Numbered from the stretch's first letter, positions 1 through 12,600 are shown. The stretch is DNA of 64,000 bases from Bilabrum cf. latius (GCA_965178125.1 OZ237740.1:1178001-1242000); one strand, 5' to 3'. Program-made: numbers and translations. Notes: generated by a model not told the origin, from the letters alone.

Positions 1-2481
1 TCTAGGAGTGGTCGCAAGAGGAGAGAGCGCGCCCTCTCGGCGGACATGGGGGCCTACGAGGCGGCGAGGGCGTAGGGGCTGCTGCACGGCGAGGAGCTGC
101 AGGTGGGACCCGCGGGGCTGTACGCCGAGGACGAGGGGGGGGTGGGTGGCGGTCGCGGGGCCAGGCGAGACAGGCGTAGGAGGAGGCACCGCCGGGGTGG
201 CAGCGGGGGGGTTAGCGACAGGGGCAGGGCCAGGGGTATTGGATCTCGTGATGAACACTATGTGCGCTCGCTCGCTGGAGGTAGCCTGGGTTCCATGGAT
301 GGGCTGCAGGGACAGGGGCAGGGGTTGGGGTTGGGACGCATTGGCGGGTTGCATGGCGGTGTAGATCATCGGCACGGCGTGAAATAGGGGGGTTTCGTGG
401 ATAACGACGACGACGAGGAGGAGGAGGACGGTTCAGGGTCGGTCCGATCCCGGCTCTCCTTCCGGGACGATCGCACGAGGGAGGGGGGCTCGAGGCGGGG
501 GCAGCTGATGCTGGACGAGCATGCGGGTGAGGGCAGGGGGCGGTGGGGGGCGCGGAGGACTCGATCCCAGCGCGCGGGGGAGGGCACCGACCGGTGGTCC
601 CCCGTGCAGCACAGAGGAGGTTTCTTCGAGGGGGGTAGGCGAGGCGGCGAGTTGGGAGGGGCTCGGTTGGGGCTGGGGCGAGGGGGTCAGTTCGACGAGT
701 ACGGTGACCTCGATGGCAGCCCAGGCGGCGGGTCGCTTGGACGAGCCGGCGATCGGTACGAGGCCGGGCCAGGCAGTGCCAACGGGCGCCGCCGAGGGAG
801 GGCGATGACTCGCGAGGAGCGGGCTAGGGCCTCGCTGGAGGAGGAAGCAGCCATCCACAGAGCTGCAGCGAGGCACGCGCGGGCTGCTGCCGAGGCCATG
901 GATCGGCGGGCCATGGAACACGCCCGGCTTCTCCTCGCGGGGCAGCTGGGTATGGGCGGCAGCATGGGTATGGGTATGGGCATGGGAGGGTTCGGCGCCG
1001 CAGGCAGCCAGGCCGCTGCTGCCGCAGCCGCGGCCGCTGCAGCCGCTGTGACGGCCCGCGGCGGGGGAGCGGGGTCACAGCACGCGGCAATGGCGGCCGC
1101 GGCGGCGGCAGCTGCGGCTGCAGCCAGTCCACGCCCCGGTGCAGGTATGGGCATGGGCGGGGGCATGGGCGGGGGCCTGCTGGGTGGCCCTGCGGCAGAC
1201 CCACGCATGCTGCGAGGTGATAGGGGCGGGGGTGGGGGCGTGGGCGCGCGGGAGCAAGAGGGCATGACGTCTCTGCGCAAAGGGGGTCGATCGAGGACCA
1301 GGAGTCGCGGGATGGGGCGGTCGGCCAGAGGCAGGAACAAGCGCAGGGGCATGGACAGGGGCATGGACAGGAGCATGGACAGTGGCAGGGGCAGGGGCAG
1401 GGGCAAGGCGGCGGCCACGTCAGGGAGCTCGAGCGAAGGCGGCCAGGGGCAGGGGCTGCGAGCGGGGGACAAGCAGTCCAGGAGGGATCGAGCGAGCCAT
1501 GGCCAGGGCAGGGGCCGGGGCCGGGGCCGGGGTCGCCGTGATTTCGACTCCGAGTCCGACAGCGAGGAGAGCAGCGATGACAGCGAGCTGGAGGAGTACG
1601 CGGAGGAGCTGCTGCAGGACGCGGGCAAGGGTCCTGCGGCGAGGCTGTTGGAGGCACTGTCTGGTGGGGTAAACACTCTCTGGTCCTCGGTGCAGGGGGC
1701 CTGCGCCCGGCCGAAAGGGGGTGCCCTGCCGCGGACGCAGGCCGAGGCAGAGGCGGCAGAGGAAGCGGCTCGCGCGGAGGGTGGCAGCATCGCGGGATAG
1801 GGCCCGTCCGGGGCGGGCGCCCACCGCGTGGTGCAGGGGGTGAGGGAGGCCGTCGGGGCAGACAACACCGTGATGGTGCTGGGGAACAGCGGCAGCGGCA
1901 GGGGGGGGGGGGGTGCTCAGGAATCGGGAACCGGTGGCAAGGGCGGGGACGGGTTCGCACCGCAGAGCCGGGCGGCCAAGGGATAGGAAGGAGAGGAGGA
2001 GGATGGCTTCATAGTGGGGCTTACCCTGCAACAGCGTGTGGCGTGGGTGGGGCAGGGGCTGTCGAGGGTGGGACATGACGCTGCGTGGGCCCTGGGCCAG
2101 GTGGCCGACTATGTCGGGGTGAACGGGGGCCCCGCCGTGGACTCGGCCATCGGCGCGGCGCACGTGGCAGCATCGGCTGCGGCGGACGCGCTGGATGCCG
2201 CCGTGTCGGATCCGACCCATTCCCAGCCCCAGCCACGGGTGCAGACGCAAGTCTCCGGGGGGTTGTCTACGCAAGGCAGCCCAAGCGCTAGCAGCCGGGG
2301 GCCAGCAGCCAAGGGCGCGTCTTCCTCGCCGGGAGGGCGCCGCGCCGTGGGCACCAGCGGGAGTGCGGGTGATTCGGAGCCGGGAGAGGACGTGGAGACA
2401 AGGGCGCCTCGGGCTCCTGCCACGATCGAGGAGGCGGAGACCGCGGCCACCGCGGTGCTGCCAAGCGCGACACGCAACTGA
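1..2481 (+). CDS. 5'-truncated low-complexity Gly/Ala/Arg-rich protein of unknown function (TAG read as Gln)
   Basis: ORF-track pieces 103-387, 397-1800 and 2014-2481 share one frame that is open from base 1. It is interrupted only by TAG (73, 385, 1798, 1984) and ends at TGA 2479-2481. Poly-Ala and MG/RG repeats; no recognisable domain. Confidence 0.6.
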
Positions 2482-2672
2482 ATGCAGCACCGATTGGTCA
2501 GCGTGATCATGCGTCGGATCTGATCCAATCAAGCGTGCCGAACTTTCTTGAAAGACGAAGAAGTTAACGAACTGTTGCACGCCGTGACTGTGTGATGATT
2601 GCTCGAAATCAAGATTGCAGTTGTTGTTGTCAAGTTGCATTCGCTCTCTCGCTGGTGTGTAGATGCCCTGAC

Positions 2673-3131
2673 ATGCCCAAAGTCCGTGGGAGGGTGACAA
2701 CGAGATAGGCAGGGGCTAAGTTTCAGGAGGTCCGCGATTTGGCGCAGCAGCCTTCGATTCGAGCACCCGGGCTTGGATCGAGGGCGGTTGCAGCGGCGTT
2801 TTCGAGCGCCAACACTTGGCTTCGGGCTCTGTACCATGCTCGGCCTGTCTTGGCAATAGGAGGTGTGATTGGTACCATTATAGCAGTAGGTGGGATCACC
2901 TTGGGAACCGCTGGGTACGCAGGGAATAAGGAGCGGCGAGCACGGCACGACGTTGCCGTGCAGGAGAGCACGACCAAGGCAGGCTTTTTGAAAGAAGGTG
3001 CAGCAATTGCAGAGTTTAATCAGCATGATCCGAACAAACGCCTTGCCTGGCTGGCTCAGGCAGCCGAAGGAAAGCGGATAAAAGGTGCTACACACGAGCT
3101 GAGACCGCCGCGGGCCGGCAGTAGGCTATAA
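2673..3131 (+). CDS. Small single-pass membrane protein (~152 aa), function unknown
   Basis: ATG 2673, in-frame TAG 2706-2708, then continuous with track ORF 2739-3131. Hydrophobic segment VLAIGGVIGTIIAVGGITLG; ends TAA. Confidence 0.5.
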
Positions 3132-3980
3132 TGCGCGGTATGATTCGATGTCTCGATTGTAGAAACTTAGAAGTGTCTGTCCGCATTCAGGATGGGCTCG
3201 AGCAGGTGCATGTCCAGAACGGTGCTGATGCACGGATGACATTTGCGGTCTCGTGCACTTTGAACAGTGGGATGCTACGGGATGCAAATGCGTTGCGGTT
3301 GGGGAGGAACAGAGTCAAGAAAATGTACAACACTCAGTGTACAGGGGCTTGCTGCGCCACGGCCACGCACTGAAGGCCGCGAGCATCCGGCCAAACGGGC
3401 AGCGCTTCGTGTGTGCCCATTGGTCCAAACGGAAGCGAGCTCAGGCTTGCGAGTGGGAAAATGCACATGCGACACGATGATAGATGTACGGTGTGACAGC
3501 CGCAAGGAGAGTGCCCCCTTATGTGTCCTGCACGAGGTATGGTTTGCCGAGTCGACCAAATTGAACTGAAGGCAAGAGATCCACCAGCGACATGTACTAC
3601 GCGACTGCATGATCGCAATCGCAAGAAAATGTGGCAGTGCCAACATTGCGGCCGCAGCTTTGTATTGATATGCAGTATTTTTTGCCGGCGTGGTCTGGGG
3701 ACCTCGTGAAATTGAAAGACCCCGACGGAAGCCAACACCACCGGTGGTGCCGTTGGGGGGAGAAAAGGCAAAGAATGAGCCTAACAGGCGACGGTTCCTG
3801 CACCCAGCACCAATGATAGACTGAGTGTACCACACAGGCACGAGCATAAGAAAGATCCTGACCCTGCGGTGAACCATCCCGAATGTACACCATGCAACAG
3901 GTGGGTCTGCCAACACGTTGAGTTGATTTCACAAAATAGCATACCCCCCCCCCCCCCGTCTGCCAACACCTGGCAATGGC

Positions 3981-6900
3981 TCACTGGTAGGAGGACAGGT
4001 CCTCCACGCGCAGAGTTGACTTGAGCAGGTCCATGTCCAGCACGGTGCCGTCGTACGGGAGGAACTGCACCGTCGCGCTGGGCGGCTGGAACACGAACGC
4101 GTTGTCCGAGAACCGCCCGTGCGCCGCCGTGGTCATCGTGGCGTACACGGCCACGTGGTCGCCGGTCAGCGTGATGTCCACGCTACCGTCCGCGTTGGCG
4201 GTGCTCGCCACGGCGGCCTTGAGCCCGGACGGCCGCACGGCCAGCTTGCCCGGCGTCTGGTTCAGCAGCACGTTGGAGGACACCACGCTGCTGCCGCCCT
4301 CGCTGGCAGACTGCACCAGCCGGGGCGAGGCGCGGGCCGCCTGCCGCTGCTCCTGGGACTGCGTGACGGTGGCCACAAACACCGTCTCCGTCGCGTTGGC
4401 CTCGCTCACGTTGGCCTGGAAGAACTCCACGCTGCCGGGGCCCGCGGGCAGCTTGAGGTCCGCGTCGTGGAAGGTCCTGGAGCTCCCGTCCACGAGGCTG
4501 ATGCCGCGCACCGTGAGGTGCCCCGCGAAGTCGAACGGGAAGTCATTCCGGGCGTAGCACGTGCCGTCCCCGCCGCACGTGGCCATCACGTCAGCGTAGA
4601 TGGACGAGCGGTACCAGTACTGCAGGGGCTTCCACCGGCCTCCCATGACTTGTCCAGGTACTGGGGACGAGTACTCCACGCTGCCCCAGCCTCCCGTAGG
4701 CCAGATCTCGCCGTACTGCCACGTGATGGTCCCGAACATGTTCTTGGAGCGCTGCTGCTCCACCTCGCCCTTGATGTTGAGCGCCTGCGCGATCATGCTC
4801 TGGAAGCACTGCTGCTTGAAGACCTGCTCCCCAGTGGCGTTGAAGTCCTGCTTGCCGAAGAAGGCCTGGATCAGGCCGTCCATCGGGTAGTTGCGCTGGG
4901 CCATCACGTTGTCGCCCGTGCACTTCTTGGCGAAACCGCCCGAGCACTTGTCGCTGGGGGCTCCGCCGTGGATGCCCCAGTGCTCCTTGGCCAGTGTGGG
5001 GCTCATGCTCTCGAAGCTCTGCAGGGTCACGCACCCGAACTCGCTCGCGAACTGGTTCGTGTACCCCACGCCGTACTCGCCCTGCTCCGTGAACTGCGGA
5101 GGGATAAAGGTCGGCGGGAGGTCGATGTTGTCCGGCCCGTTGACGAACTCGTAGTGGTCGCTGCCCGAGTGCTGGTAGGGCCCGTGCACCTCGAGCTTGG
5201 TGTTGTGCTGCAGCCGGTGGTCGTCGCTCGGGGGAGAGTCGTACGAGGCGGGCACGAGGCCCTTGGGGGAGCCGTTGGGCGCGCCCGTGAGCCGGTTGAC
5301 CCCGTGCGCCCACCCGGCGCTGGGGCACGAGGGCCACACCGCCCTGCTCTGGTCCTCCTCGGCCACAATGGTCAGGGAAAAGGTCGCGTAGATGCCCGTG
5401 CTGGTGCCGATGATCACCGCGCACTCGTTGCATCCGTCGATCAGGATGATGCTCGGGTGGTACCCCAGCCTGCGGATCTGGTGCCTGTACTCGGCAGCCT
5501 GCGTGGCGGTCTTGTCGGGGGAGTGGCCCTGCTGCGCGTACTGAAGGTCGTGATAGACCAGCAGCCCCTGCTCGTCGCACTCGTCATACCACGCCTGGTC
5601 CTGGAAGATGCCGCCGCCCCACACGCGCAGGATGTTGAAGCCACCGTCGCGCGCGGAGACGACCATCTGCCTGAGGGCACTGGAGTTCCTCCGGCCCTCC
5701 AGCTCCTCGATCGGGATCATGTTGGCTCCGCGCGCATACACGGCCGCGCCGTTCACTCGGAAGAACATCCCATTGCCCGAGGACCCGTCGGCGTCCTTGC
5801 TGTTCTTCACGTACTCGGGGTCCGTGTCGTTGCCGGTCACGATCACGGCGTACCGGAACCCGATGAGACGAGAGGCGGAGGGCGCGTCGTCCGGTGCCTG
5901 CAGCGCCGCGCCAGACACGGGCACGGGGGAGGACGCGGCAAAGGAAGCAGACACGCCGTACCGCGGCTGGGCGCCGAGGTTGGCGGGCCACCAGAGGAGG
6001 ATGTCCTGTGCCTCTGCCTGCAGTGTGACCGTCACGTTGCTGTGACCCGCGGGCAGGTCCACGTCCTGCGTGGCGACCTGTCCCGCGCCCCAGCTGCCCT
6101 TGACCGTGACGGTACCCTTGGTGGCCGCGGGCGCCCACAGGTGCACGCGCACCTTCACCTGGAAACCCCCGTGCTTGTGTTCCTCGAGGGGGGCCGTGGG
6201 GTAGTCGCCCTGGTAGAAGACGTGCGGGACCAGGTGCGTGAGGGCGGCGGACGACTCGGCCACGTCCACCGTGTACACGCTCTTCCAAATGCCCCGCGTG
6301 AACCAGTTCGTCGTGCCGGGCTGCGCGGGGATGTTCTGGTTCGCGTACGGGGCCCAGTCCCAGCTGTGCCGTGCAGGGGGGGAGGGGAGGGGGATTTGGG
6401 GGGACAACGCATGAGGGGGCGATGGACTGGCAGAAGAAGCGTCGGCCTGAGATCGTTAGCGCTCTTCGCGGCAGGGTCGACATGCACGTGATACATTTTT
6501 CATCGCAGAGAGAGTATCTCACCCTCCAGAACACGCCATGAACCGACCGTCCGTGAACACAGAGTTGTCGAGCAGCACCGTCACGTTGTTGCCATCGGCG
6601 CGAAGATCGCCTACCTTCGCCACCTGGGCCAGCGAGAACTCTTGCCTGCGCTTAGAGCATGAACATTCTAGGCGCCCCGTGGAAAAACCTTCGAAAGGAC
6701 CGCAGAGAGTGGAGTGCTAGACTGGAAAGATCTCAAGTCTCACCTCAGGAACTGGTCCGTGCTGTTTCCAATTTCCACGCCGTTCACGAAAATCCGTGCC
6801 CCCATCTTAATTCCGTCGAAAACCAGCAGAGTATCCGCCCCGTTGCCTGCCTTGATCGCAGCCACGTGATCCGCGCGCAAGCTGAAGCTTGTCGTGTAGC

Positions 6901-7338
6901 GCCATGTTCCATCGTTCCACAGCGAAGAGTTGAGCCAGTTCAGCTCATAGTATGGATCATCAATGATTTCATTCCTCTGCGACGCACAAGAATGCACCGA
7001 AGAGGCGGACGCACAGGCTGCGTTGCGCGTCACACGAGAATCGCGCAAGTGCAACTGCAGCAAGTCGGATGCGAAAGCAAGGCACACTGTGCGTGGGGAC
7101 TCACCTGAAGATCGGTGATCAGATCGCCGGGAACACCAGCTTCCATCGTAATCTGGTGAGTGTCCGAGGTGGCGGTCCACGAGAAGCCGTCCAAGTATAC
7201 TGGATCGGAGCTCGCAATGATTGGGTGGTCCCTCAAGCCAGCGTCTGTTGCAGCGTTGCCTATAGCCGGACTGACCGAAGCACACGTTCCAATGCTACCA
7301 ACGGCTGCTGCAAGAGCAAAGCTTAGCATCGTCCGCAT
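3981..7338 (-). CDS. Secreted glycoside hydrolase family 2 beta-mannosidase-like protein, 4 exons (7105-7338, 6744-6976, 6523-6645, 3981-6363), ~990 aa
   Basis: Signal-peptide-like N-terminus. Motifs VPGDLITDL, DPYY, GGWDWAP, RGANMIP, NILRVWGGG, DGCNE (acid/base) and FASEFG (nucleophile). GTGAG...CAG introns join the exons in frame; stop TGA; no in-frame TAG. Confidence 0.88.
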
Positions 7339-7554
7339 GGTAATTCCAAGCAGTGACCTGACTTTCTGCTGCGTGTGGTTTTCGTATAGTTGCGAGCTGT
7401 TTCGTGCTTCGGGTGACTGTCCGCTGAATCGGGTCGGAAGAGCCCGTATCGTAGCGATGTAGCGGTGGGTATTCTGTTTTCCGGCATCTCGACTGTACCC
7501 ATGCGCGCCTGTAGCATTGCTCTTCCCCAGTGCATCTGCCCCCCGCCGCACCCT

Positions 7555-7637
7555 CCCCCTCCCCCTCCCCCCTCCCCACATCGCCCGACCGACCACTGGC
7601 CTTCCTTGCGCCCGCCCTGTCCATGCCCCTCCAGGCC
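7555..7637 (-). repeat. Dispersed repeat fragment; inverted copy of sequence at ~8381-8500
   Basis: The reverse complement (ggcctggaggggcatggacagggcgggcgcaaggaaggccagtggtcggtcgggcgatgtggggagggg) matches 8446-8498 and 8381-8420. Confidence 0.8.
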
Positions 7638-7999
7638 GTGAGTGCAGGGCATTGCAGCTGTGCAGCACGGATGCGATGGTATGACTGCTGTGACGGGGCA
7701 CTGACGGGGCACAGCACCACAACTGGCTCCGGGCTGGCTGCACAATTCGAGCACTCGTCGGGCCACCCCCCAGCACAGCTATATCAAAGGGTGGTGGCCT
7801 GTAACACGAGCATGTTATTGGGTGTCAACTACAATTTCAACTTCCGTTGGACGCCGCGTGCACTCAGGATGGATCACTTTGTCCCGCTGGCCTCTCATGC
7901 TCTGCGCTGGTTGTTGCGCCAAATCACCACGGTCCGATCAAATCGGAACTCTCCGCGCGCTCCGATCCCTTGAAGCAACCTCCCGCGGTCCCAGTGATC

Positions 8000-8041
8000 C
8001 ACTCACGCAGGCGAGCCCGTTAACCACTCCGGCAAGCTGTC
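8000..8041 (-). pseudogene. Truncated 5' half of tRNA-Ser (acceptor 5' strand, D arm, anticodon arm lacking 3 nt; no T arm)
   Basis: The minus strand reads GACAGCTTGCCGGAGTGGTTAACGGGCTCGCCTGC---GTGAGTG and then diverges. No GTTCGAATCC follows. Confidence 0.75.
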
Positions 8042-9281
8042 ACCTATTCGTGTGAGCGATTTTGTACATTCAAACACTGGTACACTATCACCATCACCCC
8101 TGCCCCTCCACCGGCCCCGACCTGCCCGATCGAGCTACCGCCGCACAGCGCCCAGCCAGCGCAAGATGCAAACATTATGCAAAAAGTCGGTGGTAATAAT
8201 GATGTATAGCAGTTGATTCCATGACCGCAACGCTGCTCCCCGCGCCCATCGGCATGCCACCTGGAGACTTGCCTCCCTCCCAGTCGGTGGCTTGGCCGTG
8301 GGGGGGGGGGGGGGGGGCATCAGCATCGGCTGCATGGCCCGCGTCACAGGCGAGATCGATGCATCCCCCTTGGAGGATGAAAGGAAGGCCAGTGATCGGT
8401 CGGGCGATGTGGGGAGGGGAGAGGGGGAGGATGCCGGCGGGGGGGGGCCTGGAGGGGCATGGACAGGGCGGGCGCAAGGAAGGCCAGTGGTCGGTCGGCA
8501 GGATGCCGGTCAGCGCCCCAAGAGACAGGGGCGATCGGCTGGGGAGCAAGGCTCGGCGGGGCTTCGAGGGCTGCAGATGCATCCGGGAGCAGCAGCAGCA
8601 GCAGCAGCGGTAGGCGAGCGAAGGCCACTCGATGGGCAGCGGGGGCCGCTGCTGCCGGCGTGCTGGGCCCCGAGGACGCTGGCTTGGGCAGACTGGTGCC
8701 CGGACGTGCCGACCTGTGCGTGCCGTCCATCCGTTCGCACGCGCAGGTTCCCTCGCGGCCCATCTCACGAGACCAGGAGGAGGGCGATGAGGACGAGCGG
8801 TTGGAGGCATCGGCAGGGGCAGGGGCAGGGGCAGGGGCAGGGGCCGCGCATAGCAAGTAAGTTCCGCTCTTCTTGGCTTGGCCAGCTGCAAGTCCTGGTC
8901 CGTGCACGTGCTCGGAATTGGAATCGGACTCGCTCCTGTGACGCGGGCCATGCAGCCGATGCTGATGTTCCCCCCACCACGGCCGAGCCCCCGACTGGGA
9001 GGGAGGCAAGTCTCCAGGTGGCATGCCGATGGGCGCGGGGAGCAGCGTTGCGGTCATGGAATCAACTGCTATACATCATTATTACCACCGACTTTTTGCA
9101 TAATGTTTGCATCTTGCGCTGGCTGGGCGCTGTGCGGCGGTAGCTCGATCGGGCAGGTCGGGGCCGGCGGAGGGGCAGGGGTGATGGTGATAGTGTACCA
9201 GTGTTTGAATGTACAAAACCGCTCACACGAATAGGTGACAGCTTGCCGGAGTGGTTAACGGGCTCGCCTGCTAAGTGAGTG
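8000..9281. repeat. Long inverted repeat: arms ~8000-8350 and ~8935-9281, ~585-bp spacer
   Basis: The arms are near-identical reverse complements with a few substitutions, a poly-G length difference and a 3-nt indel near the outer end. The ORF track shows identical peptides on opposite strands (...SWNQLLYIIITTDFLHNVCILRWLGAVRR). Confidence 0.93.
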
Positions 9282-9318
9282 TGCTTTGCACGCGCAGGTT
9301 CGAATCCTGCAGCTGTCG
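9237..9318 (+). tRNA. tRNA-Ser(GCT), 82 nt, long variable arm
   Basis: Acceptor stem GACAGCT/AGCTGTC plus discriminator G; D arm CCG..TGG..CGG; anticodon arm CTCGC-CTGCTAA-GTGAG; variable arm GTGC-TTT-GCAC; T arm GCAGG-TTCGAAT-CCTGC. T-runs follow, consistent with a Pol III terminator. Confidence 0.95.
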
Positions 9319-9607
9319 ATTTTAAATTTCCGCTGCTTTTTGTCTTTCTTCTTTTCTTTTCTTTTTTTTGTTGCTAAACAAGGCTTAATTGGATATATAT
9401 AGGGTGTTAGTGAAAGAATATTAGCTGTTAAATGCGTTAGGCGAACTAATTTTTCCTTTTGGGCGTCTGCGGCAGCCCGGCCGGACGCACACGGCCGCCG
9501 GCGCTTTCCAACGAACTTGTGCTGCTGGACCGCGAACCTTCGCTGTGCTGCCGTCCGTGGTTGCACTTGCGTTCCCTGGACCATAAAGCCTCGCCCAAGA
9601 CTCGGGC

Positions 9608-12600
9608 ATGCCTCGCAAAGGCGGCAAAGGGAAGAGTTAGAAAAAGGCCAAGCATGTGGCGCGCGGCCAGCTGGGCCGAATGCTGATGAAGTCAAAGTCG
9701 AAAGCAGCGAAGGAACGAGCCGCGCAGCGAGCTGCGGGAGAGTTGTGAGAACGCACCAAACAGGAAAATCACAGCCTGCAAGCTGTCCTTTCTGCTCGAA
9801 CAGAACGCCTGGCAATCATTTCCGTCTGAACCCGCAGCATCGACGAGCGAAGCTCGTCGGAACGCCTGGCGTCCGTCACCGCGGTGACCGACTTGGACGA
9901 GTTCATCTCCGCGGCAGAGGTGACGGGGCGGGACTTTAGGGCAGAGTAGCATGAAACAATCATACTGGGCGACGACGGGCTCGTGTACGGAAGCGATGGC
10001 CAGGGCAAGACCCCGCAGCAGGCCGCGGTCGCCAGCTCGGGAGCCGAATCCGACGTTCCGCTACAGATTCCGAGGAAGCCGGACTGGAACGAGTCCATGG
10101 GCGGGAAGCAGGTCGACAAGAACGAGCAGCTGGCGTTCCTTCAGTGGCGCCGCGCCCTCGCCGAGGTGGAGGAGCGCCTTGGGATCGGCGGTGTCCGCGC
10201 CCTGGCCCACCAGATGGAGGTGACCCCGTTCGAGCGCAACCTCCACGTGTGGAGGCAGCTCTGGCGCGTGATCGAGCAGTGTGACGTGCTCGCCCAGATC
10301 GTGGACGCGCGGCACCCCGCCCTGTACCGCAGCAGGGACCTCGAGAAGTACGTGCGGGAGGTCAACCCCAACAAGGCCACGCTCCTCATCCTCAACAAGA
10401 GCGACTTCCTGACGCCGGCGCAGCGGCTCGAGTGGGCGGACCACTACTCGAAGGAGGGCATCGACTTTGTGTTCTTCTCGGCCAAGCACGAGCAGGAGCG
10501 GCTGGACGAGGAGGAGCGCATGCTCCACGGAATGCTGGGAGCGGAGGCGGCCCGCCAGCTGGGGGCCGACGGGCTGGGGCACCTGACCGCCCTCGAGGCA
10601 TTCGTCACGCTCGCGCCCTATCTGCCGGCGGAGGACGACCCCAGGGAGGACAGCCTGCTGGGGGACCAGGCCCCGGGGGACCACCCCGACCGGCTGGGGC
10701 CCGAGATCACGGGCATGGAGATGGAGGGAGATCGGGAGGAAGAGATCAGGGTTTAGCCGCCCTCCCTCCCCTCGGGGGGGGGGGGGGCTGCTACGGCTGC
10801 CGGCGCTGCTACGGCTGCCGGTGCTGCTGCTGAGGTCGGCAGCCGCGCTGCGGGTGCATCCCCTGCCGGTGCGGGTGCTAGCGCGAAGGGGAGCGAGGCG
10901 GTGGCGGAGGTTGGGGGGGTGGACGTCGCCAGGCCTCGCGCGACCGACGGCGCCGGAGGGGGCCACGGGTCGGGCACGAGCGGGGCCGGGGCCGGCACGG
11001 GGGTCGGTGGGGGCAATGACGGCGGCGGCGGCGGTGGAGGAGAGGGAGATGATGGTGATGGTGTGGGCGACGGGGAGAGGAGCGAGGCGGGTGCCAGCGC
11101 GGGGGGGAGCGTCGCCAACTACGACGACCTGGTGCCTGACGCGGGCGAGGGGGGCAGGGATGGCATCGAGTTCCCCTCTGCCGAGAGAGAAGAGGCCGGC
11201 ATCGGCTTCGGGTTCGAGCGGAAGCAGGGCGAGGAGGAGGAGGAGGAGGGCCGGGCGGGGCCGAGCAGCGGCGCGGGCGTGGGTGGAGCAGGTCGGAACA
11301 AGGAGGAGGAGGAGGAGGAACAGCTGGAGGAGGAGGAGGAGGACACGAGTCGGGAGGGCCGCTTCGAGCGGTGGCTGCAGGGCCTGCCTGAGGCGCATCG
11401 CGCCCTGGGCGAGCGGTGCCGACTGTACACGCGCGAGACGCTCATGGACGAGCTGGAGAGGAGGTACGGGCACCTGGTGCTCGAGTTCACCAAGGGCAAG
11501 CTAAGCGGCGCGAGGAGGCGGGCGGACGACGACGACCGCGCCAGGGAGCGGGCGCGCAGGGAGGCCGTGGCCAAGGCCAGCGGGGCCGGGTCCTCGGATG
11601 CCTTCCGCATGGACCTTGCCGTAGTGGACACGACGACCCGGCGGGGGCGCGACTGGGACCAGGGCAAGGAGCAGGAGCAGGAGCAGGTGGGGGGAGGGGA
11701 GCCGGCGGAGGAGGAAGATGGGGACGAGGGCAAGGAGCAGGAGCAAGCCGCGGCTTCCGGGGCGGCCGCGGGGGGTATCTCGACAGTCCCGCAGCCCGCC
11801 GCTGCAGGCCCGGACAAGCGGCGGCGCGTGACCTTTGGCGCCGGCACCAAGGAGCACGAGGGCCAGCGGGAGCCTGCCGGCGAGGCCGGGCACGGGCAGG
11901 AGAAGGAGAAGGACGAGGAGGCCGAGGCCAGGGACCTGGCGGCCGAGGCCCGGCGCGTGACCGCGCTCTCGGACGCAGCCGCCATCTCCGACTCGCTGGA
12001 GATGGCAAGGCAGCGGCCGCTCGTGGTCGGCATGGTGGGCTACCCGAACGTGGGCAAGAGCAGCGTCATCAACGTGCTGCTGGGGGCCTCCACGCGCAAC
12101 CACAACGCCAAGCGGGTGGCCGTGGGCGCGACCCCGGGCAAGACCAAGCACTTTCAAACGCTCCCGCTCAGCGACTCGATCCAGCTGTGCGACTGCCCCG
12201 GGCTGGTCTTCCCCTCGTTCGTCAGCACAAAGGCAGAGATGGTCGTCAACGGCATCCTGCCCATCGACCAGCTGAGGGAGCACGCGCAGCCCATCATGCT
12301 CGTGTGCCAGCGGGTGCCCCGCCTGCTGCTGGAGCGCATCTACGGCATCGCCATTCCCAAGCCCAAGGCGGGCCAGCCGCAGGACCGCCCGCCCACCGTG
12401 CGGGAGCTGCTGGACACTTTCTGCCACGCGAGGGGCTTCATGGCGGCGACCCACGCCGGGTGCGACCACCCCCGCGCCTCCCGCGTGCTGCTCAAGGACA
12501 TGATGAACGGCAAGCTGCTTTACTGCCACCCGCCCCCGTCCTCCATGGATCCGGAGGCCTACAAGGCGGAGACCGTCAGCAGCCGCATGGAGCTGGTCAG

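Noticed and set aside
3140-3930. Short ORFs including a CxxC (WQCQHCGRSF) motif
   Set aside because: No second zinc-ligand pair, clear start or codon bias, so I cannot support a gene here.
4119-6491. Long antisense or alternate-frame ORFs (e.g. 4119-6491+, 11416-13260+, 25234-27000+, 27019-28461+)
   Set aside because: These are shadow ORFs produced by high GC3 bias of the real genes; no recognisable domains.
7861-8005. 5.8S rRNA, U3 snoRNA or RNase P/MRP RNA (GGATCACT motif)
   Set aside because: Only an 8-9-nt resemblance; the other conserved boxes are absent.
8000-9281. Classic MITE or Mutator-like transposon with long terminal inverted repeats
   Set aside because: No target-site duplication or transposase, and the right arm ends inside an intact tRNA gene. 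Kept only as an inverted duplication.
9237-9318. The tRNA as the UAG-decoding (CUA anticodon) tRNA, because its loop contains CTA
   Set aside because: The 7-nt loop CTGCTAA puts GCT at positions 34-36, and the long variable arm and G discriminator indicate Ser. I saw no CUA-anticodon tRNA in this window.
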